Sequence record: NC_023610.1
Length of the DNA stretch: 64,000 nt
Strand: one strand, 5' to 3'
Shown here: piece after piece, positions 28,706 to 37,270 of the stretch
How positions within the stretch are numbered: position 1 is the stretch's first letter
Layout: the number at the start of each line of letters is the position of its first letter
The notes under the pieces: generated by a model
Told to the model about the DNA's origin: nothing
The model's input: the letters and a program-made list of their open reading frames with translations, nothing else
Database searches by the model: none
Translations under genes and position numbers: made by a program

Positions 28706-30370
28706 TTAGAAAGTTGAGATTTCATCTTTCATCATGTTCAGCAGGTTCACGTACTTCGGATTACGGATAAACATCCCGTCATCGTCAATCCACGCAAACG
28801 GATTCAGTTTGGTGCGGCCATCCGGAGACGGTTTCGGGAAGTTGCAGTAGCTGCCACATTCCACCACCGACGGGTGAAGATGGTAACTCACGTCGTTGAC
28901 GTTGATTACTTTCTTCTTCTTCCCTTTCTGGATGACTGCGTTGGTCTGGCGGATGATGTTACAGGTGTACTTAAACAAGTAACAGTCACCAGGGAACTGC
29001 ACGCTGGTAATCTCACCGTGGCTGCGGCGGCCCATGGGGAAGGAAAGAATGTTAATCTTCTTACCGAGTAACAGCTTGATTTTCTGTAACGAAATCGGAT
29101 GCCGTTCGCGGTTTAAAGACCAACCCAGGTTAAAGATGGCGTCGGTAATGCTCGAATACACGTAACGGTTTACCATCAGGTACTTGCCCCACATGTTACC
29201 CGGGTCAGCGTTGTTCATGCGTTGCTGAATCGTGTCGTTCATGTGGATAAAGAACTCGTAGATATCCCGCACATCTATACCGATGTTACGTAAATCTCGC
29301 CGTGCTTTCACGTCCACGTAGCGGTCCAGAGAATCCAGGTGGTTGTCGATTTTGTTCAACAGTTTCCCTTCGCTCTCGTTACTGCGGTGAATCGTGTAGC
29401 CCATCACTACTTTCCAGGAATCCGGATGGTCAATGTTCTGGGCGTTGAAGTACAGCGGGAAGTGGTCAACCACGTAGAAGAAGTGTGCCGCTGCCGTGTG
29501 GAAGTCGGTGTTCTTCATGGTCAACTGGTCGGTACGGAACACCAGGTTTAACTGGGTCGGCATCCCATATTTCTTCGGCGAGTGCACCGGACGTCCGATA
29601 CCGCAAGCGTACTTGGAACTGAGCACGGTCCATTGCTCACCCTGATACATCTCACGCACATCGTTGACGTCGCAGACGATTACGTCCAGGCCGTAGAAAC
29701 GACGGAAGACATCAGTAACACCGTACTTACAGAACAGGTAGTGACCGGTTGTGGAAATGGTCTTGGGTAAATGACGCACTTCACTGGCTTTGGTTTTAGG
29801 GCGGGCATTATGCGCCGTTACCTTCACCACGTAGCTGTTAACCGTTTCCCCATCCTGCAAGAGCTGGTACTGCTGCGTCTCCATAGTAAACTTCGCACGG
29901 GCGAAGATGACAAACACGTCACGGTCAGTTACCGTAAACACCGGGTCGCCTAACACGGATGCAATCGTGTTGGTAGTACCCGAGAGCATAAGGTTACCGG
30001 CCTCCCCAGCGAAAGGTAAGAAGATGGGCTTGGGAATCAGCGTCTCTTGTTTCGTTTTGGGGTCAGTATACTTGAACAGCATTTCTGCCAAGTACAGGTC
30101 AGATTCAGCAATGTCAAACTCACGCTTGCCGCTGTCGGATTTCATTAGGGTTTCTTTGACGGTTTCTAACGGCGATAACCGGCGTATACCCATGTAACGG
30201 AATTCCGGAGGAAAACCCTCATCAGCGCAGCGTGCCACCGAGTCAAGATACTCGAGGTCGCTTTCCATCGCCTCGCCCACAAAGCCTTCGCAGATGCGCG
30301 GGTTGAACTGCGGCAGGTCATCATGGATAAAATCAAATAGTTCGAGGTCGAAGCTCACCTTATCCTCCAT
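28706..30370 (-). CDS. rpoB: non-virion RNA polymerase beta subunit, N-terminal part (phiKZ gp123-like)
   Basis: IFLPFAGEAGNLMLSGTTNTIASVL resembles RpoB GxxPxMTxxGxFxxNGxxRVxVxQL; ends with PDGRTKLNPF; 554 aa, near the MCP gene. Confidence 0.75.
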   Translation of the reverse strand: MEDKVSFDLELFDFIHDDLPQFNPRICEGFVGEAMESDLEYLDSVARCADEGFPPEFRYMGIRRLSPLETVKETLMKSDSGKREFDIAESDLYLAEMLFKYTDPKTKQETLIPKPIFLPFAGEAGNLMLSGTTNTIASVLGDPVFTVTDRDVFVIFARAKFTMETQQYQLLQDGETVNSYVVKVTAHNARPKTKASEVRHLPKTISTTGHYLFCKYGVTDVFRRFYGLDVIVCDVNDVREMYQGEQWTVLSSKYACGIGRPVHSPKKYGMPTQLNLVFRTDQLTMKNTDFHTAAAHFFYVVDHFPLYFNAQNIDHPDSWKVVMGYTIHRSNESEGKLLNKIDNHLDSLDRYVDVKARRDLRNIGIDVRDIYEFFIHMNDTIQQRMNNADPGNMWGKYLMVNRYVYSSITDAIFNLGWSLNRERHPISLQKIKLLLGKKINILSFPMGRRSHGEITSVQFPGDCYLFKYTCNIIRQTNAVIQKGKKKKVINVNDVSYHLHPSVVECGSYCNFPKPSPDGRTKLNPFAWIDDDGMFIRNPKYVNLLNMMKDEISTF

Positions 30371-30376
30371 TGGTTG

Positions 30377-31417
30377 TCAAGAACGGAACCAATCCGCCAG
30401 CTTACTGATTACGGTAATTGCCCCGCCGATAATACCGGCACTGGCAACAAACATCTTCAGGTGTTCACTGTCGTCTTTACGGTCGAGGCTACGGTATTCG
30501 AAATAGTCTTTGCGCTCGAGCGATTTCAGTTCGTTCTCATTCTTCAGGGTTAATATCTGTTTCTCGAAGTCTTGCTTCTCCCGCTCCCAGGCTTTCTCAG
30601 CTTCGGCGAAAATGTCACCGTGTGCTGCTGCTTCCGCCTGCGTCGGATAAAACTTTATCGGACATTGTTCATCAGATGAGTGGAGCTCGTAAAAAACGAT
30701 TTCCGTCCGCTTATCCACGTTTCCCGGAACGTAGACATAAATACCTGATGGCTGTAACGGGTCAGTAACGGGCGACACCTTACAGACAAAGCCGTTGACG
30801 TTAATGTAGCGCGTTCCGAAAATGCCCTCGTTATCTACCACGCCCATCATCAGTCCAGAGGTGGCCGATGACATGGTAGCAATACGCTCTTCAAACGCCA
30901 GTTGGAAATCCACGTTCTCTGACGGATGTTGAGGCAGGTGCTCGAGGCCATGCATGGAGACGACAACATCGAGTTCTTGCAGATATAACACCCCACCTTT
31001 ATCCATTACATCTTTAGCGTCCAAGAAGTAATGATGCGTTAGCTTCGTGACCTGGACAGAGGCCCCGTAGCGAGAAGGTTCAATTACTTGCGATACACGG
31101 GTACGGTCTAAAGTCATTCCGTTACCGGTGCGTCGCGTCACGTCATAATCCACTCCTTCTGTTGAGAAATACCCACAGGTATAGAACAGCCCTTTGCGTA
31201 GTTCCAGGACCACCTCTTTACTCGGGATGCGATGGACAATCCCGTCTCGTTCTCTCACGTATAAGTCGATGCCCGTGTTGTTGACAATGCTCTTGGCACT
31301 CACATACCGCGGCAGAGTCTTTGGAATCTCCTCTTCTATAATGGTGCCTAAGACGGCTTTAAATGATGTGGCCTCCCGTCTGAAGCGGGGAGGTTTCCCG
31401 TGGTAGTGTGATTCCAT
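30377..31417 (-). CDS. conserved hypothetical protein with C-terminal coiled coil and TM
   Basis: 346 aa; ends MFVASAGIIGGAITVISKLADWFRS. Confidence 0.75.
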   Translation of the reverse strand: MESHYHGKPPRFRREATSFKAVLGTIIEEEIPKTLPRYVSAKSIVNNTGIDLYVRERDGIVHRIPSKEVVLELRKGLFYTCGYFSTEGVDYDVTRRTGNGMTLDRTRVSQVIEPSRYGASVQVTKLTHHYFLDAKDVMDKGGVLYLQELDVVVSMHGLEHLPQHPSENVDFQLAFEERIATMSSATSGLMMGVVDNEGIFGTRYINVNGFVCKVSPVTDPLQPSGIYVYVPGNVDKRTEIVFYELHSSDEQCPIKFYPTQAEAAAHGDIFAEAEKAWEREKQDFEKQILTLKNENELKSLERKDYFEYRSLDRKDDSEHLKMFVASAGIIGGAITVISKLADWFRS

Positions 31418-31526
31418 AATTTATCGCCCTGCGGGATAAACGCCGTTTGTTCCAAATCGCTGATGAGCAGAAGTTCCTAAAGTTCTGTCTAACATCCCCG
31501 TTCCATTAACGGAATCGTTCAAGTAG

Positions 31527-31536
31527 GTAATATATT
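31527..31536 (-). promoter_or_regulatory. putative early promoter (TATTAC)
   Basis: AATATATTAC in an AT-rich gap between the MCP terminator and the operon containing the nvRNAP subunit; matches the phiKZ early consensus TATTAC. Confidence 0.55.
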
Positions 31537-31565
31537 CTTGAAAGTTCTTTACATCGACCGAAAAC

Positions 31566-31608
31566 AAAAAAAGAAAATAAAGCCCGGGAGCCCCGAAGGG
31601 CTCCCGGT
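31566..31608 (-). terminator. MCP transcript terminator
   Basis: ccgggagccc-ttcg-gggctcccgg followed by tttattttcttttttt. Confidence 0.9.
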
Positions 31609-31673
31609 GCTTCAACTACGGCACTCTACACTGTCGCCGGAGGGTCTCGCCAACCAACCCTCGATGGGGCGTA

Positions 31674-31730
31674 TCACGGTTTAGTGAAACCGTTCAACTG
31701 TGGGTTGACGATAGCCTGGCTGAGTGGAGT
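31674..31730 (-). other. putative readthrough extension of MCP (18 aa)
   Basis: In frame after the TGA at 31733-31731: TPLSQAIVNPQLNGFTKP then TGA at 31676-31674. Confidence 0.5.
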
Positions 31731-34031
31731 TCAAGGAGCTGGAGTAGCATCAGTGGTGGTGATGTCGCCAGATACCTTAGCAATAGTGCTGTAGGTAGTA
31801 CGTTCTGCGATTGCAGCTTCCAGGTTCAGCACGTCGATGACAATCATCAGCGGCAGGAAGTGGAAGTGACGGTAGCGAGGCGTCAGACGGATTTCGTTCG
31901 CGATACGCTGTTCACGAATCATCGCGAAGTTAACGATGTACTCTGGAATCATGCCCAGGATGCCGTGGTCCAGCGGATGAATTTCGCTTTCACGTGGCAG
32001 GGTGAAGGTCATGATGACTTTGTCTTTCATACGCAGGTCAGAGATTGACGCTACGGTGAAGTCGAAGCCAATACCAGTGGTACGGTCGTCGCCCTGAATC
32101 ATCAGGTAGTTCGGCAGACGTTTGTCAGTACCGATTGCAACGTGCGGTTTCGGGTTAGAGCCCGGGAACGCAGTTTCCAGCGCCGCAGAGTAACCGGTTT
32201 TCAGGTCAGCACGGTAGATAGCTTCCTGAATCACGGATACGAACAGACCCTGGATGTCTTCCACGCGGCCAGCAGAGTTGGTGCTGTTCAGTTCTGCCTG
32301 AACGTCCAGCTTGATGCGGCGGAAGTACGGACGAACGTAGTACTGACCCAGACCTTCCAGACCCGGCTGAGATTCCAGCGGATGTGCAGTGTCCTGGCCC
32401 AGGTAACGTTCCAGGGTGTCAACGCGGTTCAGCAGGGTGGTAACACCCGCGTTACGCAGTTGCAGACGGTATGCGTTTTGCAGCGCTTCCATACGCGGAT
32501 AGACTTTTTCGTCGTCAGTCAGCGCAGGTTTCATGATGCACAGCGGGCTCAGAGTTGGAATCATGAAGCCGTGTTTCATCACGTCGGAGTCAATCAGCAG
32601 ACCACGTTCCAGCTGGTTGATGTTGGTCAGGCGGCTTTCCAGGCTGTAACCAGCCGGAGAGAACGTGATACCAGCAATCAGCGGAGCCAGAGTTGCGTCG
32701 GACAGAGCCACTTCCTGACCCTGGGCGTTGAACGCTTTCGCGATACGCAGTTCAGGTGCACGAGTGTCACCGTTACCGCTTTCAACGTTCATCTCACCGT
32801 CAACCTTGATGCTCAGGTGGATGGTGTAGCCAGCATCTTGCAGCGGCTTCAGGATAGCAGAAGCAGCTTTAGAGTGCAGCTTGGTGTCCGGGGTAATCGG
32901 CAGGCTGTCGTTGTGGAACTTAACAGTGGTCTGACGGAAGTTCATTTCGCGGGTAGCCAGGTACTGTGCGAAGTTAGAACGGTTCACGTCGAAGTCAACT
33001 GCTTCGTTCACGCCACCTTTGCTGACTTTAACAATCAGCTCACCCAGCGCGATACGGCTGTCCAGTGAATCGGTGTGGTTCGGCGTACCCTTCTGCATAC
33101 GAGAAGGAGTCTGCGCCAGGTTGATGAGACTGAAGCTACCAACGTTGAACGCCAGGTAGTTAGTCTGGAACTCTTCACCAGACTGCTCAACAGTGGTCGG
33201 AGCAACCAGAGTTGGGTCGATGAAGTATTTTTCGTTTTTGCCGGATTGCAGGCACGGAATCAGGTCGGTAGTATCCGTTTCCAGGATTTCGTGGTTCAGC
33301 AGACCTTCCAGGATGTTACGCTTCTGGAAGTCGCCAGCATCACCAGACTGGTCAGGAGCTTTCCAACCGTCCCAGACTACGTTACGACGCACGGTCATGA
33401 TGAAGCCCGCGTTGTCCGGAGTCAGGATTTGGGTTTTGTAGAACAGCTCGTTGAACTCGTGCTGTTTCGCCGCAGTCATCGCGATGGAGTAAGAGTGCTG
33501 ACGCCATTCGTCAGTTACTTTCTCATCGAATGATTCCATTGCTGGAAGTGCGCGCGAAGGAACAACAGGAATCGCACCGGCCGGGCCAGAAGTAATCTGC
33601 TCGTGGCGGATTACGTCGTCAGCTTTAAAGCCAGCACCGGTTTCACCGATATTGCTGTAGTAGCCGCCAACGTTGTTGTGGCCTTGCAGCAGCACAGCGG
33701 CCGCTTCAGTGGCAACACGCTTCTGGGCAGCACGGATGTGCGGTACGGCGAAACCGTACGCTGCGCCGCCCTGGGTGTCAGCTTCAGAAGCCAGCGCGAA
33801 CGCAGACTCGGTTGCTACACGCTGAACTTCACCGAAAGTGGTGTCGTAGCTGTGTTGGAATGCATCGCGGTCGATACCGAAATCGCTGAAGGATTCAACG
33901 GCCACGGCCACCGCACCCGCCTGCTGCTTGTTCGGCAGGACGTTCAAGGTGTCATTTACCACTGAACCCAGTTTTTCGAAAAGGTCGCGGTAACCAGAGT
34001 TGCCCGCGGCTTTGGATTTGACAATAGCCAT
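31731..34031 (-). CDS. major capsid protein (phiKZ gp120-like)
   Basis: Likely start MAIVKSK; strong codon bias; propeptide with AVES/ATES/AMESF sites; FNELFYKT, GTDKRLPNYL and PRYRHFHFLP motifs. Confidence 0.9.
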   Translation of the reverse strand: MAIVKSKAAGNSGYRDLFEKLGSVVNDTLNVLPNKQQAGAVAVAVESFSDFGIDRDAFQHSYDTTFGEVQRVATESAFALASEADTQGGAAYGFAVPHIRAAQKRVATEAAAVLLQGHNNVGGYYSNIGETGAGFKADDVIRHEQITSGPAGAIPVVPSRALPAMESFDEKVTDEWRQHSYSIAMTAAKQHEFNELFYKTQILTPDNAGFIMTVRRNVVWDGWKAPDQSGDAGDFQKRNILEGLLNHEILETDTTDLIPCLQSGKNEKYFIDPTLVAPTTVEQSGEEFQTNYLAFNVGSFSLINLAQTPSRMQKGTPNHTDSLDSRIALGELIVKVSKGGVNEAVDFDVNRSNFAQYLATREMNFRQTTVKFHNDSLPITPDTKLHSKAASAILKPLQDAGYTIHLSIKVDGEMNVESGNGDTRAPELRIAKAFNAQGQEVALSDATLAPLIAGITFSPAGYSLESRLTNINQLERGLLIDSDVMKHGFMIPTLSPLCIMKPALTDDEKVYPRMEALQNAYRLQLRNAGVTTLLNRVDTLERYLGQDTAHPLESQPGLEGLGQYYVRPYFRRIKLDVQAELNSTNSAGRVEDIQGLFVSVIQEAIYRADLKTGYSAALETAFPGSNPKPHVAIGTDKRLPNYLMIQGDDRTTGIGFDFTVASISDLRMKDKVIMTFTLPRESEIHPLDHGILGMIPEYIVNFAMIREQRIANEIRLTPRYRHFHFLPLMIVIDVLNLEAAIAERTTYSTIAKVSGDITTTDATPAP

Positions 34032-34093
34032 TCTTCTCTTTCCTTCAACGTTGAAAGGTTTTGGTGTCAAGTACTTGACGAGTGATATTATCA

Positions 34094-34102
34094 CATACCA
34101 TA
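34094..34102 (-). promoter_or_regulatory. putative late promoter of MCP (tandem TATG)
   Basis: TATGGTATGTGATAAT about 65 nt upstream of the MCP start. Confidence 0.5.
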
Positions 34103-34115
34103 ATAGGCGCTAGTA

Positions 34116-34691
34116 CTAGCGCCCGCTCACGGCGTGACGGAGATAGCGTCTGAAAACCTCAAGTTCTTTGAACTCGGGGAATTCCGCAATCCCACTTAAC
34201 GATTCGATAACGGCATTGTAAAATGCACGGTCATCTTGGTACACCGGTGTAGTGCTCCCTATAAGAAGCAGGGTATTCGCGTCGACACGCACCGGTGTGT
34301 AAAACTCGGCATCGAGCGGATTGGTTTCTAACACACCAATAGCAGAATCTCCACCGGTCACTTCTTTCAGCTTCGCGTCGCGGTACAATTTCTCCTTCAA
34401 CGCTTCAATTGCTTTCTCGTGCTCGAGGTAGAACGCTGCGTTTTCATCGCAGTCTGCTATGGTATGGAAGTCGGAAAAAACTTTATCTGTCAGACGATGG
34501 AGGTCGCGTTGGACGAGCGTGTAAATAAATACTTCGTCCAGTGTTACTATAGACGCTTGACCTTCACACGCCACCAATTTGGGAAAAGACAGCACGTCGA
34601 GGTACGTACAGTTTTTGGTTTCGCTAATTGCTGATGCGAGCCAAGACGGCACAATACCTACGCGGAGCTGCTTGAGCAACTTGTTTCGCAT
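34116..34691 (-). CDS. virion/head protein (positional phiKZ gp119 equivalent)
   Basis: Likely start MRNKLLKQ (SD GGAG); lies between dnaB and MCP. Confidence 0.7.
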   Translation of the reverse strand: MRNKLLKQLRVGIVPSWLASAISETKNCTYLDVLSFPKLVACEGQASIVTLDEVFIYTLVQRDLHRLTDKVFSDFHTIADCDENAAFYLEHEKAIEALKEKLYRDAKLKEVTGGDSAIGVLETNPLDAEFYTPVRVDANTLLLIGSTTPVYQDDRAFYNAVIESLSGIAEFPEFKELEVFRRYLRHAVSGR

Positions 34692-34717
34692 ACGGGTCTC
34701 CAGATGGGATTTCTGCA

Positions 34718-34726
34718 CATATCATA
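34718..34726 (-). promoter_or_regulatory. putative late promoter (P119L-like, TATG)
   Basis: TATGATATG ending 27 nt upstream of the likely ATG at 34691. Confidence 0.5.
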
Positions 34727-34739
34727 AAACTGTCGGGGT

Positions 34740-36308
34740 ATGGGGATGAATTACAAACTCGTCATCATTAACACACTATTATTGCTTTATTGGGAACAAC
34801 AGCTGGACAATGGTGCAGACAACGCTACTCTGGTCAAGAACATTCTCAAAGAAATACGCCCAGAACGCGGGATGGCTGACACCGACCCAAGTTACCCTTC
34901 TTTACAAGGCCTGCAAGTCATCATCGCTAAACAGGTCCTGAATTACGGTAACAAGATTTCAAGGGAGTTCTTGGTATCACAAGTCAGAATGGTTTGCGCG
35001 GACGATACGAGCACCCGTGACCTGGTTCTTGATTCCATCGAACAGGAATTGGACCAGACGGGCGTTCGTAACTATTGCCTATCTCTCGTTCGTGAGCTGA
35101 AAACGTACCAACGTAAACAAGCCTTCCAGAAACAACTGAACGAATTGGGCGGGAAAATCCTGTACGGTCAGGAAGAATACGACCTGACCACCAAAGCTCG
35201 TGAGTTGGTTTCTGCCTTTGAACGCTTTACTGAACAGGAAGGTGAAGACCTCCGTTCTATTCACGGGGTGAGCGAGTTCCTCGACTTCAATGACGAAGAG
35301 CTGCTGCGTAAATACTTCAAGGACAGTAAAGAGTCCGTCAGTCCCGATGAAATCATCAAGTTCCCGATTCAGGCTGTTAACCGTCTGTTTGGGGCACAAG
35401 GCGGCGGCCGCCGTAAAGAGATGATTATGATTGGCGGTTTGCAGCACCACTTTAAATCCGGTCTGGCAATGCTGATGACCCGTGGTGCGGCAATGTACAA
35501 CAAACCGAAACTGCGCGACCCGGCGAAGAAACCGGCAATCGTCATGCTGTCCACTGAGAACCAGCTGATGATTAACCTGCGCACCATGTACAAGCAAATC
35601 ATGGAACCGCTGGTTGGTAAGAAGATTCGTTTCAACGAAATCGACCCTGCCGAAGCCGCAAGCTTCATGAAAGAGAAGTTCATGGAAAACGGTTGGTACT
35701 TCCTGATGGCGCAAGTCGACCCCGAGTACTTCGGTTACGACGAGCTGCAACAGACGGTGCTGAAACTGGAAGCGATGGGTTACGAGATTATCGTACTGAC
35801 CGTCGACTACCTGGGTATGTGTTCAACTAAGGGTCTGACACACAGTGGCATCACCGGCCGTGACAAACAAGCTTTGTACAACCGCAGCCGTAACCTGATG
35901 CTTCGTCACGACTATCTTATGATAACGCCTCACCAGTTATCAACCGAAGCCCTGGCGATTCACCGTGACCGACCGAAGAACTTCTTAAACGAGGTTCTAA
36001 ACTGTGCGTACTACCACGACTGTAAGACGCTTGCGCAGGAAGTGGACATGGAAATCAACTTGCAGAAGTTGGTTCTCGAAGGAAAGACGTATTTGAACAT
36101 CGGGCGCGGTAAACACCGTGGTGTGGATGACACGCCATTGGATGACCAGCGTGCAACCTTGCTGTTTGGTGACTTCGGTATTCCGGATGACATCAATGGC
36201 CAAGACCAGAGCATGAAACGCCCTGGTGACGGCATGGCAAGTGAAGGTGGTGCAGTCGCCTGGCATAACGGCGCACTGGACGACATGGGTGGGTACTCCA
36301 TCAACTAA
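34740..36308 (+). CDS. dnaB: DnaB-like replicative helicase
   Basis: IGGLQHHFKSG variant Walker A, STENQ, VLTVDYLGM Walker B, TPHQLS and RGKHRG arginine finger. Confidence 0.9.
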   Translation: MGMNYKLVIINTLLLLYWEQQLDNGADNATLVKNILKEIRPERGMADTDPSYPSLQGLQVIIAKQVLNYGNKISREFLVSQVRMVCADDTSTRDLVLDSIEQELDQTGVRNYCLSLVRELKTYQRKQAFQKQLNELGGKILYGQEEYDLTTKARELVSAFERFTEQEGEDLRSIHGVSEFLDFNDEELLRKYFKDSKESVSPDEIIKFPIQAVNRLFGAQGGGRRKEMIMIGGLQHHFKSGLAMLMTRGAAMYNKPKLRDPAKKPAIVMLSTENQLMINLRTMYKQIMEPLVGKKIRFNEIDPAEAASFMKEKFMENGWYFLMAQVDPEYFGYDELQQTVLKLEAMGYEIIVLTVDYLGMCSTKGLTHSGITGRDKQALYNRSRNLMLRHDYLMITPHQLSTEALAIHRDRPKNFLNEVLNCAYYHDCKTLAQEVDMEINLQKLVLEGKTYLNIGRGKHRGVDDTPLDDQRATLLFGDFGIPDDINGQDQSMKRPGDGMASEGGAVAWHNGALDDMGGYSIN

Positions 36309-36382
36309 CCGGTACCGTAAAGCAAAAGCTTACGACCAGCCAACCTCAACCAACCGACAACTGACTTCTTAGACTCGCGGTG

Positions 36383-36439
36383 GCATAAATGCCAGACTGG
36401 ACTGGGTATCGTCCCAGTCCAGTCCCGCGGGCTTTATGC
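36383..36439. terminator. symmetric bidirectional element GCATAAA-hairpin-TTTATGC
   Basis: 12-bp perfect stem gactggactggg/cccagtccagtc between convergent genes. Confidence 0.85.
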
Positions 36440-36443
36440 TCTT

Positions 36444-37268
36444 TTACGCTTTCCCGGTGACGGCTATCCGCTGACACCAGTAGTAGTTACTGAAGTACAC
36501 ACCGTACAACAACCGTTCAATCCTTTCGTACCAACCGTCGTTCTTGAACTGGGTTTGTTGCGCAGTGGTCAGACTTACGTTCAACCACCCTTTCAGGGAA
36601 CGCAGGTGGGCATCCATCATCCCTTGCGCCTTCCAGGTTTCCGGTTTAGGGTAAACGCTGGCCGGTGCAGTGGCGTTCAGATTAAGGCTTTCCCCACTGG
36701 CGGTGACGAAGACATTTCCCGGTTTACCCACGTGACGGGCTAGAGCCGCCACAAACGCACTCAGGACGTACTTTGACCCCGCAGCAATATAATCCCTGTC
36801 TGGATAGAGTGGACCGGCTCCTGAGGCCGCCCAGGTCGTGAGAGGGGCGGTGAACAACAGGTTATTAAAGATATCCTCGCTCCGGTAGCGGGGAACCAGC
36901 AACGGAACGTTCCCGTTATGGTAAGCCCGGTCCCAGAACCGTTCACTGACCCCCTCCTGCATCACCCCGTCAACGATAACCTCAATCTTCCGATGAGGGA
37001 GCGCCAACTTCACTTCATGGGCTGCTTCCACCGCCGCAAAGTGAATCTCGTTATCCCGGATACCACCCTGAACCAGAGCCGTCCCGATGTACGCATCGTT
37101 CAAGAGCAACACTTCGGCCTCATTGAACTCAACCCCGGTACGACCAAAGAACGGTTGACGAACCAACAGGTTTTTGATGTACGCCGCATTTTCAGGGGCG
37201 CGGCTGATGACGCCGTCAACCATGGTCAGGAAGGAGGCGACGTTAGCGACGTTGTATGGATAAATCAT
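36444..37268 (-). CDS. hypothetical/virion protein
   Basis: Likely start MIYPYNV just after the upstream stop; about 274 aa. Confidence 0.7.
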   Translation of the reverse strand: MIYPYNVANVASFLTMVDGVISRAPENAAYIKNLLVRQPFFGRTGVEFNEAEVLLLNDAYIGTALVQGGIRDNEIHFAAVEAAHEVKLALPHRKIEVIVDGVMQEGVSERFWDRAYHNGNVPLLVPRYRSEDIFNNLLFTAPLTTWAASGAGPLYPDRDYIAAGSKYVLSAFVAALARHVGKPGNVFVTASGESLNLNATAPASVYPKPETWKAQGMMDAHLRSLKGWLNVSLTTAQQTQFKNDGWYERIERLLYGVYFSNYYWCQRIAVTGKA

Positions 37269-37270
37269 GG

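Noticed and set aside
31421-31615. 64-aa minus ORF between MCP and the next gene
   Set aside because: It runs through the terminator U-tract and an AT-rich promoter region; its FLFLF stretch is just the translated U-tract.
31690-31733. +1 frameshift at CCT-TGA (RF2-like) at the MCP end
   Set aside because: The +1 frame gives only ELHSARLSSTHS* with no motif; in-frame readthrough explains the sequence better.
31700-31733. SECIS/selenocysteine decoding of the MCP UGA
   Set aside because: No convincing bacterial SECIS-like stem at the expected spacing, and no redox context.
34740-36308. Non-canonical Walker A (GLQHHFKS) as a sign of an inactive helicase or an intein
   Set aside because: This variant is typical of phiKZ-like DnaB as I recall it; other motifs are intact and the length leaves no room for an intein.
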